Assembly (NCBI RefSeq): GCF_001194135.2
Contig: NC_068986.1
Location: 48,260,355-48,315,455 of the forward strand
Reading direction: 5' to 3'
Source of the DNA: Octopus bimaculoides
Lineage: Eukaryota
Length of the DNA stretch: 55,101 bases
Part shown: one piece after another, positions 39,050-50,390 of the stretch
How the letters are laid out: each line of letters opens with the position of its first letter
How positions within the stretch are numbered: position 1 is the first letter of the stretch
Notes under the pieces: generated by a model
Seen by the model: the letters and a program-made list of their open reading frames with translations, nothing else
Told to the model about the DNA's origin: nothing
Database searches by the model: none
Made by a program: the position numbers and the translations under genes

Positions 39050-39431
39050 GTTAGCACTCCGTCGCTTACGACGACGAGGGTTCCAGTTTTTCCGATCAAC
39101 GGAACAGCCTGCTCGTGAAATTAACGTGCAAGTGGCTGAGCACTCCACAGACACGTGTACCTATAACGTAGTTCTCGGGGAAATTCAGCGTGACACAGAG
39201 TGTGACAAGGCTGGCCCTTTGAATTACAGGTACAACAGAAATAGGAAGAAAGAGTGAGAGAAAGTTGCGGTGAAAGATTACAGCAGGGATTCGCCACAAT
39301 CCCCTGCCGGAGCCTCGTGGAGCTTTAAGTGTTTTCGCTCAATAAACACTCACAATGCCCGGTCTGGGAATCGGGACCGCGATCCTACGACCACGAGTCC
39401 GCTGCCCTAACCACTGGGCCATTGCGCCTCC
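39050..39431 (-). mobile_element. SINE family A, full length
   Basis: Reverse complement of the 45869-46255 copy, near-identical. Confidence 0.93.
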
Positions 39432-39469
39432 ACATACATGTATATATATATAAGCATATATACTCATGT

Positions 39470-39760
39470 TTCGGGTTGTGGATCTTGCGTAGATTGACTA
39501 GAGTAAGCTTGAAAGACAGGATAACAAACGCTGTAGGCCTAGAAAAGTTCATATCCAAAGACACTTGCTGCAGAAGTAATTCCAGAAATCTTTCACATTT
39601 TGGACATACGAAGAGCAATGTGTCCTTGCTCAATAGCATCATAACAGGAAGTGTGGAGTGAAAGAGAGAAAGAAGTCACCGAAGACACAAGTGGACAGAC
39701 GACATGAACGACAGAATCAGAAGCAAGAGCTCGGCTGATTGTATGCACACAGTACTTAAC
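39470..39760 (+). pseudogene. RTE/BovB-like LINE 3' coding end
   Basis: FGLWILRRLTRVSLKDRITN...FGH...SIITGSVE, then KWTDD, resembles the RTE 'FE.W..RR.L...W.DR..N...FGH...I..G.VEG.R.RGR...W.D' region. Confidence 0.8.
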
Positions 39761-39894
39761 AGGTAACTTGAGATATATGCTGAAAAGTTCTTGCTTTGAG
39801 TTGAAGAAAGTACCCTCTCAGGTTCACACACTAATTGCAGCGGTCCTTTAGTTTTTCAAATAAAAGATAAAAGAATATATAACTATGTGTGAGA

Positions 39895-40290
39895 ATGCGT
39901 GGCGTAGTGGCTAGGGTGTTGCAGTCACGATCGCGTCATCGTGGTTTCAATTCTTATACCGAGTGGCGCGTTGCGTTCTTGAGCAAAACACTTTATCTCA
40001 CCTTACTCTCTGATCGCTTTAACACCTGACGCGTGGCATACCGTTGCAACTTTTCAGGCAGCGTCGATTTCATGGAGGGAGGGAATTAGTGTGTACGGAA
40101 ACTCATTTGATCACTATCAACGAACCAGTTCGTTCGGCATGAGCGGAGCGATCATAAGTCGTCTTTGACGGGAGAGTCTATCGTATAGCTGTGCAAATTC
40201 CGTCATTATTTTGTTTCAGTCATAGCATGCCTGAAAAACCTGGACACACACAGGCGAAACTCAAAGTAGCAAGAGACCGATTCGACAACG
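39895..40290 (+). mobile_element. Family D-headed element with a distinct body ending in a hammerhead-like motif
   Basis: gcgtggcgtagtggctagggtgttgcagtcacgatcg...gtttcaattc head, then ttcttgagcaaaacacttta; the body differs from the other D copies. That the body is one unit with the HHR is inferred. Confidence 0.6.
40226..40273 (+). ncRNA. Type I minimal hammerhead ribozyme fold with two G>A changes
   Basis: catgc-CTGAAAA-a-cctg[gacacaca]cagg-c-GAA-act[caa]agt-A-gcaag: stem I catgc/gcaag (4 of 5), stem II cctg/cagg, stem III act/agt, GUA cleavage triplet. Confidence 0.7.
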
Positions 40291-40296
40291 ATAATA

Positions 40297-40455
40297 TGTG
40301 TGTGTGTGTGTGTTTGTGCTTGTCCTACCACTTGACAGCTAATGTTGGTTTGTTTATTTCAGCGTAACTTAACGGATCTGCCAAGATGACCGATAGAATA
40401 AGCACCAGACTTTTAAAAAAGTAACTACTGGAATCGATTTATCCTGCTAAGTCCT
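40297..40455 (+). mobile_element. Old family B 3' half
   Basis: (TG)n then ccacttgacag...gaccgatagaataagcaccagactt. Confidence 0.65.
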
Positions 40456-40621
40456 TTAACTTTTTAGTATTCAAACCGGCTACACCCGGCTTAAATATTC
40501 TACCTGTTTTATATTCAAACTGGCCAAATCTGGTCTCCCACATGTACCCTACAATGTCATTCTAAAAATACACAAACATATGGTCGAAATCTTGAAGCTA
40601 CGAAATAAATTTAAAACAATG

Positions 40622-41020
40622 TGAATGTGGCTGTGTGGTAAGTAGCTTGCTTACCAACCACATGGTTCCGGGTTCAGTCCCACTGCGTGGCATCTTGGGC
40701 AAAATGTCTTCTACTATAGCCTCGGGCCGACCAAAGCCTTGTGAGTGGATTTGGTAGACGGAAACTGAAAGAAGCCCGTCGTATATATGTATATATATAT
40801 GTATGTATATGTTTGTGTGTCTGTGTTTGTCCCCCAACATCGCTTGGCAACCGATGCTGGTGTGTTTATGTCCCCGTAACTTAGCGGTTCGGCAAAAGAG
40901 ACCGATAGAATAAGTACTAGGCTTACAAAGAATAAGTCCCGGAGTCGATTTGCTCGACTAAAGGTGGTGCTCCAGCATGGCCGCAGTCAAATGACTGAAA
41001 CAAGTAAAAGAGTAAAAGAG
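40622..41020 (+). mobile_element. SINE family B, full length and young-looking (used here as reference copy)
   Basis: A-box-like tggctgtgtgg, B-box-like ggttcagtcc, internal (TA/TG) tract, (aaaagagt)n tail. Confidence 0.93.
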
Positions 41021-41158
41021 TATATAAGCATTACATTTGATAAAGCAGTCTGAATGCTATAGGGTTAAAGCAGTGACCTAGCATAATTCCAGTTCAATGA
41101 CTGACACAGGTAAACAAATAAAAGATTTTTGATGTGCTTTTATAATAATTCGATTATT

Positions 41159-41660
41159 CTAATAATATAGCCTGAACAGGATAAACTACCCCTATTTTGC
41201 AGAAAAAAGTGTAGGCTGCCAGAGGCTATATCATTAGCATTATCCTGCGTTTGAGAATTCAAAATCACTTCTTCAACTTTCTAAGACATCTCAACGATTC
41301 TAAAAGCAAACTTCGTTTGTTTGTTTACGTTCATCGTAATTTGAATTTAACATAAGATAGCGTCTCATAACGCGAGATTTCTATACCTCCTAAATTGGCA
41401 GAGGAATCTGTAGTGAGGGAGCTTAGATTAGCTCAATCGGTCAGAGCTCCGCGACGCGTAATCAAGATGTGAGTTCGTGTCTCATAGCTGGCCGCCTACA
41501 CTTTTTCTGCAAAATAGGGGTAGTTTATCCTGTTCAGGCTATATTATTAGCATTATCCTGCGTTTGAGAATTTAAAATCATTTCTTTAACTTTCTAAGAG
41601 ATCTCAACGCTTCTAAAAGCAAACTTCGTTTGTCTATTTACGTTCATCTTATTTGAATCT
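41159..41660. mobile_element. tRNA-like-headed element with inverted and direct duplications (X' Y Z tRNA X Y)
   Basis: 41159-41222 is the reverse complement of 41488-41550; 41223-41348 is a direct repeat of 41536-41660; tRNA-like fold at 41421-41492. Confidence 0.8.
41421..41492 (+). pseudogene. tRNA-like sequence (degenerate tRNA or SINE head)
   Basis: D-arm gctc[aatcggtca]gagc and T-arm gtgag[ttcgtgt]ctcat; anticodon and acceptor stems are poor. Confidence 0.65.
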
Positions 41661-41696
41661 AATTCGGTTATTGTTTTAGGATTTATGGATGATCAA

Positions 41697-41941
41697 GTGA
41701 TCACGTGACCGACGAGGCTATCAGATGTTGTCAAACATCGCTAGTCACAATGCACTTCTGCATTATTTTAGTCTTCAAATGATGCCACTCCGCTGGCTAG
41801 GCGAGGTGGCCAACGATGACCTCTGCTCGAAAGTTGGATGCTGGAGCAACGTGAAATGAAGTGTTTTGGTCCGCCCAGTTAAGGGATCGAACCCACGATC
41901 TAGCGATCGTGAGTGCAACAGCTTAAGCACTAGGCCACGCC
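41697..41941 (-). mobile_element. Family D SINE with tail ending in gtcacgtgatcac
   Basis: Head reverse complement gcgtggcctagtgcttaag...gtgggttcgatccc; tail shared with 32370-32470. Confidence 0.8.
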
Positions 41942-42683
41942 TAGTGGATGGTAGATTAAATAATACGGATGATAGATTAAATAATTTACTTTGGTACATA
42001 GTGATTTTGATAATTTGGTAAATACTAGTTGATGGATTTTTACCTCAGCCCCGAACATATACATTTTTCACCATAGTAAAAGATAAACACGAAAAAAAAA
42101 AAAAAGAAAGAAAGAAAGAAATAAAGGAAAAGAGAACAGAAGAAACACGTACAATTCGCTAAATACTGTGGTTGTAGCAAAACTNNNNNNNNNNNNNNNN
42201 NNNNNNNNNNNNNNNNNNNNNNNNNNNNNNNNNNNNNNNNNNNNNNNNNNNNNNNNNNNNNNNNNNNNNNNNNNNNNNNNNNNNNNNNNNNNNNNNNNNN
42301 NNNNNNNNNNNNNNNNNNNNNNNNNNNNNNNNNNNNNNNNNNNNNNNNNNNNNNNNNNNNNNNNNNNNNNNNNNNNNNNNNNNNNNNNNNNNNNNNNNNN
42401 NNNNNNNNNNNNNNNNNNNNNNNNNNNNNNNNNNNNNNNNNNNNNNNNNNNNNNNNNNNNNNNNNNNNNNNNNNNNNNNNNNNNNNNNNNNNNNNNNNNN
42501 NNNNNNNNNNNNNNNNNNNNNNNNNNNNNNNNNNNNNNNNNNNNNNNNNNNNNNNNNNNNNNNNNNNNNNNNNNNNNNNNNNNNNNNNNNNNNNNNNNNN
42601 NNNNNNNNNNNNNNNNNNNNNNNNNNNNNNNNNNNNNNNNNNNNNNNNNNNNNNNNNNNNNNNNNNNNNNNNNNNNNNNNNNN

Positions 42684-42729
42684 TGGGGAAATTTCGAACC
42701 TAGGTTCTCATTCCTAAGGTATTTTTCGA

Positions 42730-42796
<67 letters not shown>

Positions 42797-42896
42797 TTTG
42801 TTGTTGCTGTTGTTGTTGTTCAGGTCACTGCTTGGAATCGAACTCGGAATCTTGGGGCTAGTAGCCCGCGCTCGTAACCCCAAGATTCCGAGTTTG

Positions 42897-42960
<64 letters not shown>

Positions 42961-43170
42961 TAATAGTAATAATAACATCGAAAAATATCTTAGGAATGAG
43001 AACCCAGGTTCGAAATTTCCCCCAAGACACCTGACGATTACTGGAGGGTATATCTGCCGAAACGTTGTTAACATCAAACAAGATGAGGACAAATATCCGT
43101 CGAATGTAAATAATGTAACTAATGTAAATAGTGTACATAATTCCTCATCTCTTAAATATAGAACTGTACA
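42684..43170. mobile_element. Family E tRNA-headed element in head-to-head inverted duplication, with a hammerhead-like motif in the + copy
   Basis: 42684-42733 pairs with 42974-43024; (ATT)n pairs with (AAT)n; 42841-42857 pairs with 42878-42894. Minus-strand head reads gagcgcgggctactagccccaagattccgagttcgattcc (B box). Confidence 0.85.
43026..43070 (+). ncRNA. Degenerate hammerhead-like motif
   Basis: gacac-CTGACGA-ttactggagggtatatctgcc-GAAAC-GTT-gtt: both core motifs and a palindromic stem III (aacgtt) are present; stems I and II are poorly paired in this copy. Confidence 0.55.
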
Positions 43171-43595
43171 ATTAAAGCATTTGAGCTGTGACCAACTCTC
43201 TGTTTTTATGAGTATATCGGATTACATTACCTAATGTATCTTTTACCTTTTTTAAAGACATTAGGGCATGGCTTGAAGTAGATTTGGCTGCTATTTCTTG
43301 CAGGTTGAGCAACCAAAGTGCGTGAAATAGGGGAGGGAGTAAAGGTTAAGGAGTAAAAATGTCCACAGTATTACTCCCTTACCTTTACTCTCTCCCCTCA
43401 CTTAGTAGTCATTCTAATAGCTCTTTTGTCTTAATAACGGTCACTCACACAGTCATTTCCCTTTGTTCCGATCCGACATCTGAAACTCGGAGTTTTATCA
43501 TGGCTACCGAATAATTGTCACATATTATTTACAGATAAATTCCTCTATTTACATAATATCGAGTTCTCTTTCTTTTGTTGTCTTACCTTTTCCAT

Positions 43596-43632
<37 letters not shown>

Positions 43633-45868
43633 NNNNNNNNNNNNNNNNNNNNNNNNNNNNNNNNNNNNNNNNNNNNNNNNNNNNNNNNNNNNNNNNNNNN
43701 NNNNNNNNNNNNNNNNNNNNNNNNNNNNNNNNNNNNNNNNNNNNNNNNNNNNNNNNNNNNNNNNNNNNNNNNNNNNNNNNNNNNNNNNNNNNNNNNNNNN
43801 NNNNNNNNNNNNNNNNNNNNNNNNNNNNNNNNNNNNNNNNNNNNNNNNNNNNNNNNNNNNNNNNNNNNNNNNNNNNNNNNNNNNNNNNNNNNNNNNNNNN
43901 NNNNNNNNNNNNNNNNNNNNNNNNNNNNNNNNNNNNNNNNNNNNNNNNNNNNNNNNNNNNNNNNNNNNNNNNNNNNNNNNNNNNNNNNNNNNNNNNNNNN
44001 NNNNNNNNNNNNNNNNNNNNNNNNNNNNNNNNNNNNNNNNNNNNNNNNNNNNNNNNNNNNNNNNNNNNNNNNNNNNNNNNNNNNNNNNNNNNNNNNNNNN
44101 NNNNNNNNNNNNNNNNNNNNNNNNNNNNNNNNNNNNNNNNNNNNNNNNNNNNNNNNNNNNNNNNNNNNNNNNNNNNNNNNNNNNNNNNNNNNNNNNNNNN
44201 NNNNNNNNNNNNNNNNNNNNNNNNNNNNNNNNNNNNNNNNNNNNNNNNNNNNNNNNNNNNNNNNNNNNNNNNNNNNNNNNNNNNNNNNNNNNNNNNNNNN
44301 NNNNNNNNNNNNNNNNNNNNNNNNNNNNNNNNNNNNNNNNNNNNNNNNNNNNNNNNNNNNNNNNNNNNNNNNNNNNNNNNNNNNNNNNNNNNNNNNACCA
44401 CCATCACTACCACCACCACCACCACCACCATCACTACCACCACCACCACCACCACCACTACCACCACCACTACCACCACTACTACCACCAATACCACCAC
44501 CACATCCATAACTACCGTAACCACCTCAACTACCATCATTATCACCACCATCATCTGTACCGTATTACCGCAATCATCGATCATGAACATCAGGACTACC
44601 ACCACCACCACCACCACCACCACCACCTCCATCATCATCATCATTAGCATTGATCTTGCTATTGTTGTTGTTGTTGCTGGTGGTGGTGGTGGAATCAGCG
44701 GTGTCGTCGTGGCTGTTGGTGGTGTTGCTATCTTACTAAAAGAAAAAAATGGAAAAAAGACAAAAAAAAAAAGACTATTCTTGTTCTTGATATTGTTTCA
44801 ATGCCTACGGGGCATGGAGAAATAAAAACCGAATCACAAATTAGATATTCATGTTTTGTGGCAAGGTTGTAGCCCTCACTGGGTTAAACTGAATTATATA
44901 TACACCCAGTCTGTTATTAGTTTCTTCCAACATATACCCGCGTTCTCCGTCATCTATCAATTTGTTTTGTCTGAGGAAATCATATGTAAATTGCAATGAC
45001 ATTTCTCTAGAGTGTGTGTGTGTGTGTATGCAGGTATGTATGCGTGTATCTTTGTATGTATGTATGTGTGTTTGTGTCTGTGTGCGTGTGTATGTGCGTG
45101 TGTGTATGCATGAATGTATGTATGCATGCGCGTATGTGTTTATGTATGCATGTATGTGTGTGTGTATATATATGTATTTATGTATGTATGTATGTATTTG
45201 TGTGTGTGAGTATGCATGAATGTATGACTAAGTAGATAGGATTGTATGCATGAATATGTATGCACACATACATATACACACACACATATATATATGTATG
45301 TACACACACACACACATCGAAACATACACACACAATGTTCTACAGTGTGTGTCCTACATATACACATGCGTACATACGCACAGACGTACAAAGACATACA
45401 CGCATGTACTTGTGTGTGAGTGTGTGTGTGCATGTGTGGTGTATGTTTGCGCGCGTCTACGTGTACGTGTGTATGAGAGTGTTTGTGTGTGTGTGTTTCT
45501 ATGAGACTTAGGTTTTTCCTCGCAAGATTCATTCGAATCGGTCAATAATATAATGATGTTGATTTTTGCTTCATTCAAGACAGTTGTTTCAGCTATTTTC
45601 TGACTATGTTAACGTTTGCGTGTGTATTGGTTTAAACCGGGATATACGTGCTTGTATGTTACGTGGGCATGTGTCTACATGTATGCATGCATATATACGT
45701 ACATACGTACGTATGTATGTATGCATGTACGTACGTATGTATGTATGTATGTATGTATGTATGTATGTATGCATGCATGCATGTATGTATGTATGTATGT
45801 ATGTATGTGTGTATGTGTATGTATGTAGGAGTATGTATGTATGTGCCTATATATATATAATTGTATGT

Positions 45869-46255
45869 GGAGGCGCAATGGCCCAGTGGTTAGGGCAGCG
45901 GACTCGCGGTCATAGGATCGCGGTTTCGATTCCCAGACTGGGCGTTGTGAGTGTTTATTGAGCGAAAACACCTAAAGCTCCACGAGGCTCCGGCAGGGGA
46001 TGGTGGCGAACCCTGCTGTACACTTCCACCACAACTTCCTCTCACTCTTACTTCCTGTTTCTGTTGTGCTTGTAATTTAAAGTGTCAGCCTTGTCACACT
46101 GTGTCACGCTGAATATCCCTGAGAACTACGTTATGGGTACACGTGTCTGTGGAGTGCTCAGCCACTTGCACGTTAATTTCACGAGCAGGCTGTTCCGTTG
46201 ATCGGAAAAACTGGAACCCTCGACGTCGTAAGCGACGGAGTGCCAACAACAACAA
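45869..46255 (+). mobile_element. SINE family A, full length, (AAC)n tail, long flanking duplication
   Basis: tggcccagtgg A box and gtttcgattcc B box; 45826-45869 is repeated at 46274-46315. Confidence 0.95.
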
Positions 46256-46313
46256 TGTGTGTGTGTATGTATATAGGAGTATGTATGTATCTGCCTATAT
46301 ATATAATTGTATG

Positions 46314-46345
46314 TGCGAGGGGGTGCTGAAAAGTTCCTGGCTTTT
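46314..46345 (+). mobile_element. Mariner-like TIR remnant; similar remnants at 47068-47097 (-) and about 39778-39800
   Basis: cgagggggtgctgaaaagttcctgg versus the reverse complement cgaggggtgtcgaaaagtccctgg. Confidence 0.5.
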
Positions 46346-47103
46346 ACCATCACACATTACGCCTTAACCAACACAGCTACGTTAGCCACTACCCCACTGA
46401 ATACCACCACCACCACCACTTCCTCCCGTCCTCTTCCCCCATAACCACTCATCACGACCGTCACCTACAAATCGCCGCCTTCCGTTCAGCTATCAATCTC
46501 TGTTACCGCCATCTTCAACAGTCTCCACTACAACAGTACTACCACTGTTACTGCAACCGTCACCTTCCCCGCCACATCTAGTGCTACGATAATATAGTAT
46601 AATGTAATATAGTAAATGGGGAAAAGAATATGGATTAACTGAAATTATCCTGGCAATTAAGAAACAAAAACTCCTTCTGGAATAGCTTAAAATTTAAAAT
46701 CACCAATGAAGGGAAAAAAATTCCAGCAATATTAGCTAACTCAGTTGGAAATGGATTTTGTTTTAGAAGCCAAATGGTGAACATAGCGGACATGTTTTGA
46801 TCTGTTTTTCCTTATTATCTCATATCGAATGATTCAAGAGAGGCAGCATGTATTTAGAAATAGAGAGGAAATTAGTGATGTTGATATTGGATATTGACAA
46901 TTTGCTGAAGGATAATAACGCAAGTCTGCGGTTTATAGGCTAATCAACAACCAACGGCCAAGTTACCACGACCGCTAAAATGGCCATCATTCTTATCATA
47001 ACAAAATCATCACCCACACTTAGTACCACTGAGAATGTTTCTACGTGATCCCTTAATCTATGATGAATACCAGGGACTTTTCGACACCCCTCGTGTATAA
47101 ATA

Positions 47104-47230
47104 CAGGGTGTCCACAAAGTGTGGGTACATGGAGTAAATAAAATCATAACATAAACAATTAAATATAAGAAATAATAATTTCTTAAAGTATGTGTTAATC
47201 CCCATGTACCCAGACTTTGTGGACACCCTG
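47104..47230. mobile_element. 127-bp Tc1/mariner-type MITE
   Basis: TIR cagggtgtccacaaagtgtgggtacatgg / ccatgtacccagactttgtggacaccctg (1 mismatch in 29); TA on both sides; AT-rich core. Confidence 0.92.
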
Positions 47231-47721
47231 TATAATGAAAAAAGGAAGAAAACGTGGAGAAAAGAAACAATTCTTTTCAAAGGTGTATAGCTCACAGGTT
47301 TTGCACAATTTCTGTATGCTTTACAGATGTGGAGGATTTTCTGCTTTATATTAGATTCAGTACCGTATTCTTTCAAAATCGAGAGGTAATTAGATGGTAA
47401 GTTACATTCCCCTTTTCTATGCTTCTAGAAGAATATGTGTGGTTTAAGCATCTTTTTTAAAATTAACTTTCGTGCCGACATAGTATTTACATGTAGCGTT
47501 TTGTTCTGGCTTCGTTGCTAACAACAGTTGATTCGTAGATGATTACTTCGGTGTTGCATCACTGATTAAAGAAAGTATACATTTGTATTTCTGCATGCAC
47601 TGTTAAACTTAGTTAATTTTTGTTGCATTTTGCTGTTAAGGTTTTCATATTAGTAGTGTAGCTATAATGTATTATTAAGTTATTTGTACTGCATAATTTC
47701 CGTTCGATTTATATTGAATAG

Positions 47722-47790
47722 TGAAGGCGTGTGGCTTAGTGGTTAGGGCAATCGGCTCAAGATCGTAAGGCCGTGAGTTCGTAAGGCAAG
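47722..47790 (+). mobile_element. Family D head fragment
   Basis: ggcgtgtggcttagtggttagggcaatcggctcaagatcgtaaggccgtgagttcg. Confidence 0.75.
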
Positions 47791-48512
47791 ATCGTAAGGC
47801 GCTGAGTTGCTGAAGCAGAAATATCGTTATTGCAAATATTTTGCTCAATACCAGATTTTTGCTTGCCAGTTGCTTGACGTAACCACTTAATCATGTCCCT
47901 TAGAGGCTGACAGTATGTACATCTTTGATAATGAGCAAGCGTAATAGGGGAGCATCATAGCCATAGGTTGAGAGGGATTGTCTGGGGTCTGAATATATGT
48001 AAGAGAATCAAAGTCTGAAGGAAATATTAACCGTTTATCATACTTTCTAGGGGTAAGTAAATAAGAAATAACAGTTGCTATCTAAGGACAAAAATCATGT
48101 TACACAGTGAAATACTGGTATCAATGAGTCGATAATACTTACAGGGATTGCACTAGCGATAATATTTACTGATATTAATAGAAACAACACCAACGATATA
48201 GGTGGTATTGATTGTAGTAGTCGATAGTATTTTCAATGCCTTCAGTAACGATAATGTTCGTAGTGAAGTTGTCAATTGATAGTGTTGAAAAAGAGACTGT
48301 AGTATCGGTGCTTGTTGTGCTGTTGGTGGTGACTGTTGATAATGCTTATGGAGTACTACAATTACCATTGGAGTAACTCCATAACCATTATCAACAACCA
48401 CCTAGTTGTGGTTATTGTAAATTTAGTATAAAAATTGGTGAAGTTAGCGATGTTCAGTAGTAGCAGGTTTAAAAGTGGAGTTTTTGATTGTAATATTAGG
48501 GATAATGACTTG

Positions 48513-48960
48513 GGCGTAGAGCTGACCGAATGGTTAGCACACCGGACAAAATGCTCAGCGGTATTTCATTCACCTTTACTTTCTGAAGTCAAATTCCGCC
48601 GAGCTCGTCTTTATCTTTCATCCTTTCGAGGTTGATAGATTAAGTACCACTTGAACACTAGGGTCGATGTAATCGACGTACCCCTTCCTCTAAAATTACT
48701 GGCCTTGTGCCAAAATTTGAAATCAGTATCATGGATGATGGTAAAGGCGACAGACTGGCAGTATCATTAGCACGCTGGGTAAAATGCTTAGCGGCATATC
48801 GTCCGTCTCTACGTCTGGGTTTCAAATTTCATTGAAGTCGAGTTTGCCTTTCGTTCTTTCGTACTCGATAAAATAAGTGTCAATTGATGACTGGGGTCGT
48901 TGTAATTGACCTAGCTCCTCTCTGGAACTTGTTCGCTTTGTGCCAACAATTTGGAACCAA
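48513..48960 (+). mobile_element. Two tandem diverged family C copies
   Basis: Units at about 48513-48728 and 48745-48960 with gatgtaatcgac and ccttgtgccaaaatttgaa. Confidence 0.8.
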
Positions 48961-49153
48961 TGAACGATGGTATTATTGCTTTTGTTGTTGTTGTCGGTGG
49001 TGGTGGTGGTGGAGATATAGTTCTTGCTGGCGTCGTTAATGGTGGTAACATAGTTGTAAAAATAATAATCACGCTGGTTCTGATTATGTGCGGTTTTTGT
49101 GGTGATTGGTGGTAGCGATACCCGTTTTGTCTATAAGCGTGATGTGTGTGCGC

Positions 49154-49237
<84 letters not shown>

Positions 49238-49899
49238 GCGTATGTGTGCGAGTAAGTGCACGAGATAGTGGACAAATTATTGTTTTTGGTGATGATGGAA
49301 GCGATGAGGAAGGTAGTGGCTATGGTCACGATAGTGGTGATGATATTGTGGTGGTTGTTTAAGTTGCTTGTGCTGGTGTTGCTATCGCCACTGCAGAGCT
49401 ATTAGCAATAGCAATGCTGCTTATTTAATGTCTGAGGAGCGAACAGAGACGATGTTGGCAGCAGTGGTGTTATTGACGGTTATGCGTTCTTGTGTGTTCT
49501 TGTGATGGTTATGTGTTCTATTTTATGTACTCTCAAGATGGTTATGCGTTCTCCTAGCGGTGCTGTTTGTAGCGTTGGTGATGATGATGGTAATGGTGGT
49601 AGTGGTAATGCTGGTTGTATTGTTATTGCTAACGGTTTGAGATTTGTTCATGTTGTTTTTGTTGGCGTTGTTGGTGTTGATGTTAAGTAATGGTGGCGGT
49701 GCAGGTGCTTCCGCTGGTACTGACGCTGTCGCTCTCGCTGGGGGGGGGCAGATAGTAGTAAGAGCGTCTTTAGTTAGGTCGTTAGAACCAAAGCAATGGA
49801 TGGTATATATTGGATCATCATCATCATAGTGATAGTAGTGATAATAATCGTGGTGGTGTAGGCGGTGATGATAGTGTAGGTTGTGGTGGCGGCAGTAGT

Positions 49900-49913
49900 G
49901 GTGGTGATGATAG

Positions 49914-49990
<77 letters not shown>

Positions 49991-50076
49991 TTGATGATGA
50001 TGATGATGATGATGATGACGACGATTATTACGACGACGACAACGACGACGATGATGATGATGAAGATGATGATGAA

Positions 50077-50128
<52 letters not shown>

Positions 50129-50132
50129 ACGA

Positions 50133-50180
<48 letters not shown>

Positions 50181-50390
50181 TGATGATGATGAAGAGGATG
50201 ATGATGACGATAATGATGATGATGATGATGATGATGATCATGATGATCATGATCATGATGATGATGATCATGATGAAGATGACGACGACGACGACGACGA
50301 CGACGAAGATGATGACGATGATGATGATGATGATGTGGATGATGATGATGATGAGGAGGAGGATGAGGATGATGATGATGATGATGTGGA
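49900..50390. repeat. About 490-bp (GAT/GAC/GAA)n trinucleotide tract
   Basis: Directly visible. Confidence 0.97.

Noticed and set aside
43455-43505. gaaactcggagtt hairpin resembling hammerhead stem III
   Set aside because: No CUGANGA core upstream (reads ccgatcc).
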